NCBI GenBank assembly: GCA_012295275.1
Contig: CM022672.1
Span: 31,558,001 to 31,622,000 of the forward strand
Direction of reading: 5' to 3'
Length of the DNA stretch: 64,000 nt
Source of the DNA: Chrysomallon squamiferum
Lineage: Eukaryota > Animalia > Mollusca
Part shown: positions 56,596-64,000 of the stretch, piece by piece
How the letters are laid out: each line of letters begins with the position of its first letter
Numbering within the stretch: the first letter of the stretch is position 1
Notes under the pieces: generated by a model
What the model saw: only the letters and a program-made list of their open reading frames with translations
The model's database searches: none
What the model was told of the DNA's origin: nothing
Position numbers and translations under genes: made by a program

Positions 56596-57200
56596 CAGTA
56601 ATGTGTTGAGTGCTGCAGCAGTCAGTGATGTTCACAAAGCATGCTGCTAGATTCTAGACCAGTTGCAGTTTGTTAGGCTAACTGTGTTGCACACCTGACT
56701 TAGTTCTTTGGGCCTAGAACAGATCCTTAGGTTCTGCTGTTGACATTGTTCCAGTAGAAAGACATCCATGCTTCCTTTAATAGTTGCATTTATTCTTGTA
56801 CATTTGATGGTCAGTCTTGATGTTCGCCAGTTGCTTTAGAGATTGTTTTGTCTGATGTACATCAGAGGAAAAGGTCTCTGAATGTTTTGGTACACAGCTT
56901 GCACAAATACAAGGGAGGTCAGTCTGTCATTGCAAGCATATAGTAAAATATCCACAGAACCATCACAGTGATAGAGGATGGCAGAAGCTATAATGTTGTT
57001 CTGGAAAGCCACAACATCAGCTGAGTATAATTTCCTGAAAGACACTTGTTTTTCCACTTGGAGCAGGTTTGGCTGTGTTACCTTTGAAGCTAAACTGCTA
57101 AACAGTTCTGTGATAGCCTAACAGTACAGGGTCAGTCACGTTGATGATCACATCTAGTGATGAGTGTATGGCCATATTTCCATGCACTGCAGCCCATTTA
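56596..57200 (-). mobile_element. Internally deleted L2/CR1-group LINE ORF2 fossil
   Basis: Colinear remnants on the minus strand: GHTL(..)ITR (end of APE endonuclease), KQVSFRKL..DV.AF, WRTSRLT, GSVLGP (RT, about 56709-56726), NKLQLV*NLAA (about 56642-56674). Confidence 0.7.
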
Positions 57201-57349
57201 AACACTTCAGGACACTGAAATGTTTTAACTCTTTGAAAATCTCTGTAAATTAATCCTAGTGTAACAGTTTTTTTCTCTCTAAGAATTCTGTTGAGTTTTG
57301 TTTACAGTGACATTTCATCTTGAAACATCATTCAAAAATTTTAGTGGTT

Positions 57350-57740
57350 TTTTCCATCTTTTTTGGGAACTGATGTTGAAATAATGTATAATTGGCATGT
57401 GATTTTCAAAGTTTGCTGGAACATTTGCTTATAATAATATATAATTATTTTGTGTGTGTTTTTTTCAGGATCTTGCTAAGGGAACTGATGTTGAAATAAT
57501 ATATAATTATTTTGTGTGTGTTTTTTTCAGGATCTTGCTATGGGGACTGATGTTGAAATAAATGTATAATTATTTTGTGTGTGTTTGTTTTTTCAGGATC
57601 TTGCTATGGGAACTGATGTTGAAATAATGTGTAATTATTTTGTGTGGGATTTTTTCAGGATCTTGCTAAGGGAACTGATGTTGAAATAATATATAATTAT
57701 TTTGTGTGTTTTTTTCAGGATCTTGCTATGGGGACTGATG
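57350..57740. repeat. ~60-66-bp tandem repeat of the Munc18 exon 11 acceptor junction, 5 copies plus 1 degenerate
   Basis: ttttcag|gatcttgcta(t/a)ggg(g/a)actgatg with AG ending at 57468, 57530, 57596, 57658 and 57718. Confidence 0.95.
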
Positions 57741-57857
57741 CAGAAGGAGAGAAGATTAAGGATCACATGAGAAACATTGTCCCCATCCTGCTGGATCAGA
57801 ACATCACAGCCTATGACAAGATCCGGATCATTCTGCTGTACATAATTCACAAAGGAG
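57719..57857 (+). CDS. STXBP1: Munc18 exon 11 ([26 protein letters not shown]...[15 protein letters not shown])
   Basis: 139 nt, phase 0 to 1. Confidence 0.96.
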
Positions 57858-58691
57858 GTACAGCGAGTCTGTCTGTCTGTATGTGTGTATGTGTGCATCT
57901 TTGTGACTGAAAGAAAAGATATAAAGAAATGAAAAAAGAAAGTGTGTTTGTGCAATGTGAGAGTGTTATTGTGTGTCCAAGTATGAGAATATAAAAGCAA
58001 AACAAAAGAAAAAGCAAGTTTTAAACAATGACAGTTGGAGTGGACATGTGGCTAATGATTGTAACTGCATTAAAGAAACATTTTTGTCCGGAGTAACAAT
58101 AAACTGCCAAGCTTAAAGCAGACAAGTGTTAGTTTTGATTATAAATGTGGGCTGTCAGTGTGTTTTACAGTAACAAACAGGTTTGGTCAGTATATTAGTG
58201 AAGAGCAACTGTTTTCTTGTTCGTAAGAGATTGTCAGTTCCAGGGTCAAAATGTTTACCACAGCACCAATTACAAGTACCGTGAAGGCTCAGTACTTGCG
58301 TTAGTGCCTCACAATTTGAGTGATCTTCAAGGCAGTAAAACATTGTCGCTGTCCTATGTTGTTTGCCTCCTGTCTTTCCCATTAATCTCACTGATTCACT
58401 GATCACATCTGCTTTGAAGGAAATGGTTGCCTTTGCACCCTTTATATTGGATTAAACCCAGGGTAACACTTGGCTAGCCTTAAAAAAAAAAAATGTAAAT
58501 CCTACCCATGCAGTTCTGTGATGTTCATAAACACGAAATTATCATCAATCTGTGAATTCCTAAGTTTTTGTATGGGAACGTCACATAAAAAAAGATTTAA
58601 AAAAAAAAAAATAACATTTGAGTTTACTGTATCAAGTTTATGTGAAGAATTAAAGTCTAATAAATATTGTTTTTTGTTTTTTTTTAATAAG

Positions 58692-58801
58692 GAATATCTG
58701 AAGAGAATCTTGCTAAGCTGGTTCAGCATGCTACGATTCCTAACGAGGAGAAGTGTATTATAACCAACATGCAGAATCTGGGAGTGCCCATTATACAAGA
58801 T
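58692..58801 (+). CDS. STXBP1: Munc18 exon 12 ([37 protein letters not shown])
   Basis: aag acceptor, 110 nt, gtgagt donor, phase 1 to 0. Confidence 0.95.
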
Positions 58802-59779
58802 GTGAGTATGATACGTTACACAGACATCTTCGGTTAAATTTAAAAAAATTAGTTTTTATATTTCTCTTCTGATTTCTACTAACAGTCCAGATATTGCTTG
58901 AGAGTTTGTCTTCTTTCAGATGTTGCTGAATATTTTTTTTTTATAAATTCTTCTTTATACTGCAGAAACGTTTATGAATCGTGAATATTTGTTATGGTAT
59001 TTGTGCATTTTTTTCCAGTTAATAATTAAATTTTATTGTTCTAAAATCATTTTGAGCCATGGAATAGGAGTAATTCTTTCATAGACTGTAATGTTATTTC
59101 TTAAGCTTTATTTTTTTATTATTATTATTGTTTATATGACTTGGTTTATGCTGAACAACAAAAAAAAAGGTTTATTTGGAAACATACTCAGCAATCATTA
59201 TTGTCATTATTATTTAATTTTTTTAATTATTATTAATACTATTTTATTATTGATTATTATTGTTATGATTATTATTGCAGTTTATTATTTAATTTTTTTA
59301 ATTATTATTAATACTATTTTATTATTGATTATTATTGTTATGATTATTATTGCAGTTTATTATTTGTTATTAATATTATTATTTACTAAAATTATTTTTA
59401 TTATTATTATTATTATTATTTTACAGATGCTTGCTTACAAACACTGGAAGTACTTCAGTATTTCCTAATTTATTTTTATTTCATGAAAAAAGAATGTGAT
59501 TTTAATTATTGTTTGTTCTAAAAGATATGCTGGTAAATTATTCAAAGAAAAAAACAACCAAGCATTCTCTGATTATAAATTGTTCAATGGGCCTGAAAGT
59601 TGAGATATCAGAAAATAAGTTAAAAGAAGTTCAATAAAATAAATGACATTTTTGTGTAATAATTAATAATAATGACTAAAGTGTTAATTGTTTCCTTTTT
59701 TACTTTTATGTGTATATATATATATATTTTTAATATTTGTTAAAAAATATTAATAATAATTTAAAACATCTTTTATTTT

Positions 59780-59842
<63 letters not shown>

Positions 59843-60639
59843 TCTTTAATACTTATATTTTCAGATTTGTGTGTATGTATTATTTTCTCTCTGTGTTTGT
59901 GTGTGCATGCACATGTGTAATTGTACTTGTGAAAATCAATGAAAGAAAGTAAGAAAATTGATAGCAAAGAAACAGTAGTAACAATATGAACCATATTTTC
60001 CACAAAAATTGTTTTTGTTTTTTTAAATAATTAATATGTTGTAATGCTAGATTAATATCATTGTGAGTTTGTGTGAACATGGATTGCTTGTCAGAATAGA
60101 AATATCCAGAAGAAAAAAATAATTTCAATTCTATTATTTCAGCAGAAAAAGATTTAAACCACTGTTGTGTGAATTAATATAGGAATTGCTACATGAATTA
60201 ATTTTTGTTACTTTAGTAACAGAGAAAAATCTACCATTTTTGCTCTAACCAGATATTATTTCCAGTAACAGACTGAATAAAAAAAAAAAATTGCTTAAGA
60301 CACAAGAATAGCTTTTGTATAATTAAAAATCCACAACTTAGATGCAAAAGAGAAAAATGTTCAAAATGTTGTTTTAGTATGGTTCTTAGCAAACTAATAA
60401 GTAAAATGGCTGATTAAAAAAATTATTTTCAAGAAAATATTTAGACATGTTTGTGTCATTATCAGTTTCAGATTACAACTTGTGTAACAAGGTATGAAGA
60501 TTATGAATAAATCACTGAATTATGTTATTAAAATTCCTAAACCAGCTGGGGAAAAAAATGTTAATTACTTTTTTTTATATAATGAACGTTATTTTAAAGT
60601 CAGATTTATCAGAGTGGAGTTACATTTTTTTAACATTTT

Positions 60640-60830
60640 TATTTTAGGTGACATTTACATATTTTACATTTTTTACATTTTTACATTTTCATCTTAGGTG
60701 ATATTTACATTTTTTACATTTTTACATTTTCATCTTAGGTGACATTTACATTTTTACATTTTCATCTTAGCTGATATTTTACATCTTAGGACAGTGATAT
60801 TTTTCATTTTTACATTTTCATAGGTTTAAT
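60640..60830. repeat. Short tandem repeat (TTTTACAT / CATCTTAGGTGA)
   Basis: Read directly from the sequence. Confidence 0.8.
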
Positions 60831-61117
60831 TTACATTTAAACAATTGCTGTTTTAACAGGTAGATTTTTCCTTCCATTTATTTTTTTTTTAAATATTTCA
60901 TATACATACATTATAGTTATAATCAAGAACATCATTTAAAATGTGATTTTTATTACATAAAAATAAATGTAATCTTTTTAAAAGTCATTAATTACTAAAG
61001 ATAAAATTAAAACAATTGCTCATATTACGTAAAAAAATAAATAATTTTTTTTGAAAAGTCATTTAAAACGTATGTTTTTTAGCCATATTACTAAAGATAA
61101 AATGAAAACAATTGGTC

Positions 61118-61151
<34 letters not shown>

Positions 61152-61581
61152 GTGTTGTGTAAAACACAGGTGTGTGTGACACAGTAATAATAACACTGTT
61201 ACATAAATCACTCGTAGGATGGAGGAACCACTCCCCTGAAGCTGAGTCCACTCAATTTAGTAACACTGTGTGGCGGGGTTTGTATCCACTTTACGTCAAC
61301 ATCGTCATTTGTGGGAGCAGCTTCACTCTGTCATTCTTATTATTTTTAGTTGTGTAGTCTTTCATTATTTTTATCTTCTTTACTTTTTATTTTTATTTTT
61401 ATTTTTTTTGGGCATATTTCATTTTTTTTAAATTTACGATATTTTGTCCATCTGTTTTCAGCTGGTAATTTAAAAAAAAAAAAAATAATAATAATAATAA
61501 TAAGTATTTGTTTTGTCTGTTTGTCCATAATGTATGATGTTTAATTGTTTGTTCTCTTAAACAAAAATATGTGTAAAACAA

Positions 61582-61616
<35 letters not shown>

Positions 61617-62874
61617 AAAAATAAATAAAAAAAGAAACAGTTAATATAAATTGATAGGATGTATGTTTAATAAACTCAATATTTTTTAAAAATAAAACAA
61701 CGTTACTCTTTTTTATTATTATTATTATTATGATTTTATTATTATTATTATTACCAACCCTCTTATTTTTTTTTAATTAAGATAAATACAACAATGAATG
61801 ATAAAAAAAAAAAAGAAGTATATATTAATAATGATATATAAATATTAAAGTTAATAATGTTTTAAAAAATACATCTATTTAAATACATATATATATTTGA
61901 CAAGTAATCTTTTTGTAGTAATAAATGTTAAATGATATTATTAAATTTAATATAACAGCAATTAAAACCTTTTTAAAAATGATAGTGAACATTCTAATAT
62001 TATGTTGCCTGTGGTTTTATTTTTACTGAGTGCTTTGAGAAATGTTTTTATTTTCATATCTCATTTCAAATTAGCTTTGATTTGTTTTGTTTTGACATGT
62101 GTTTGCAGGTTTATACATTTATTATTTTATTTTATTTTTTAATATTTCATTTTTTTTTACATTTCATTTTGGGGCATGATGTTCTTTCCAAAAAAAAAAA
62201 TTCTGTTTTATCTGGAGTTATTTCCCTTCTCTTGTTCTAAAGGTGATTGATGCATGCAGTAATTATGTAAAATTAAAAAATAAATATTTTTTACAGTTAA
62301 AAAAAAAAGAAATTAGTGATAAAGTTACTGTTTATTTTAATATCTAGCAGTCTGTTGTATGACACATAATAATTTATAATTTATAAAATGCACTTTATAT
62401 TTATTTTTAAATTTATTGAACTTATAAGTTTACCTATTTTATTTTAGTGCAATTTTTTTTTTTATAATTTTAATTTTTTTTTTTTTTTTGTTAATATTAA
62501 AATTCCTTTTGTTTTTCATTATTATTATTATTTTCCTCTTTTTTTTCGTAATTGTTTTTATTTTAGTACATATTATTTTAATGTTGTTTTTTTCTTTTTT
62601 TTACTCTTTTTGTATAAATATTATTTTAATTTCTGTGTAAATATAATTATTTAAAATCTTTGACTAAATATTATTATTTATATTTTTTATATAAATATTT
62701 ATATTTTTTTTTGTGTTCTTATTATTGTATATGTTGCTCGTGTTTTTGTTTTTTTTAACCACTGTTTTTCTTTTCGTTTATAAATATATATATATATATA
62801 TATATTTTTTAACTGTTATTTGTTTGTTTTTTTTTTTTTTTTTTTTTCTCTCCACGCCTTCTTACAAATATAAG

Positions 62875-62937
62875 GGTCATGGAAAAAACTATAGTCGACT
62901 TTTGCAAGACAGCTCAACTTATGGCACTTTTGCCCAG
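62875..62937 (+). CDS. STXBP1: Candidate Munc18 63-nt cassette exon (GHGKNYSRLLQDSSTYGTFAQ)
   Basis: Long T/C tract plus aag acceptor, CAG|gtgagc donor, open frame, phase 0-0. Confidence 0.6.
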
Positions 62938-62962
62938 GTGAGCTGGTCCAGCCATTTTTATA

Positions 62963-62999
<37 letters not shown>

Positions 63000-63164
63000 G
63001 TCTTTTAGGTGTAGATGATTTTTTGCATTAACCTGTAGTTTCATTTCTGGTATATTTTATTCATTTTGTGTTTTTTGTTTTATTTTTCTTTTCTTTTTCT
63101 TTTTTTTGAACAGCCAGGAAAATGGCCATCTTTTGTTTCTTCTGAATTAATTTTTTTATGATTT

Positions 63165-63195
<31 letters not shown>

Positions 63196-64000
63196 TGTTT
63201 ATTGTTAATTGTTTTATTATTTATTTGTTTCTGTATCTGTTGTTGTGTTATTATTATTATTATTTTTTTATTATTATTTTTTTTAACTTGCTGTCATTTT
63301 ATTTTAGTTTCTGTAATTATGTTTTCATTTGTTTTTCTTTCTATAATTTGTTTATATTTTTTTTTTTTTTATTTTACTTTATTTTTTTTTTATATTTTTT
63401 TTTAATTATTTTTTTATTTGTTCATTTATTTTTTATTTTTTTTTTTTTTTTTTTTTTTATTTTTTTTTTTTTTTTATTTATACAGTAGCAGAGATGAGTG
63501 TGGTTTAAGAAAATAATTCAACTTTGTTGACCCTTCAGTTTCATTATTAATCTTCCTGTATCTAAATTTATCTTGTCTTTGAAACTAAAACCATTGTAAT
63601 GCACACAGACAGTGCTTCTAATGAATTTTTTGCATTTTCTGTTCAATTAATCATTTTTAAACTAATATTTTTTTCTTTTTTTTCTTTAATATTTTCATTT
63701 TAATTTATCTGCACAACTTATTTGCATTTTTATTTGACACTTTTAGTAAACTAATTATAACAAACAAAATAGAAATAAAATAATAAGATAAATAGTTATA
63801 ACTTTCTAAAATTAGTTCTCCTGGGTGAAGTAATAAAAATAGGAAAATTCTGGATTGCTTACATTTTAACTTCAGTATACCAAATAAATAGTCAGCTTAC
63901 AAATATTTTTCATCTTGGATATATATATACATATATATATAATTGTGTAATTAAAAATTGTGAATTATAAGTGAGAATAAGTGACAATTATATGTTGATA

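Larger units (their letters stand above)
47772..64000 (+). other. STXBP1: Sec1/Munc18 protein gene (STXBP1/unc-18/ROP orthologue), 3'-incomplete
   Basis: Phase-consistent exons encode [53 protein letters not shown] and [11 protein letters not shown]. Exon sizes 79/104/149/131/108/139/110 match human STXBP1 exon sizes as recalled. Confidence 0.97.

Noticed and set aside
47772-58801. Calling Munc18 (or C3G) a pseudogene because of the lesions
   Set aside because: All other exons and splice sites are intact and conserved, and the lesions coincide with repeat-associated consensus noise or a homopolymer.

Overview
AT-rich, microsatellite-dense animal genomic DNA. The Munc18 protein is close to squid Sec1 as I recall it, so the source is probably a mollusc (inference). 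Two multi-exon genes lie head-to-head with start codons about 1.2 kb apart. (1) A RAPGEF1/C3G orthologue on the minus strand starts at ATG 46569, has about 14 coding exons traced by splice phase down to 288, and its CDC25 domain continues off the left edge. (2) An STXBP1/Munc18/ROP orthologue on the plus strand starts at ATG 47772, has 12 exon positions traced to 58801, and its 3' exons lie beyond the right edge. Almost all ORFs in the supplied track are microsatellite artefacts. The most striking unexplained pattern is that at least 8 exon-intron junctions of these genes are tandemly re-copied into the neighbouring intron (2 to about 20 copies, often with microsatellite spacers), creating arrays of decoy splice donors or acceptors. 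There are also several frame-preserving cassette, micro-exon and alternative first-exon candidates, a GC-AG intron, and fossil L2/CR1-type LINE and mariner fragments. Two exons are scrambled and one carries a homopolymer frameshift; these are most likely consensus errors.
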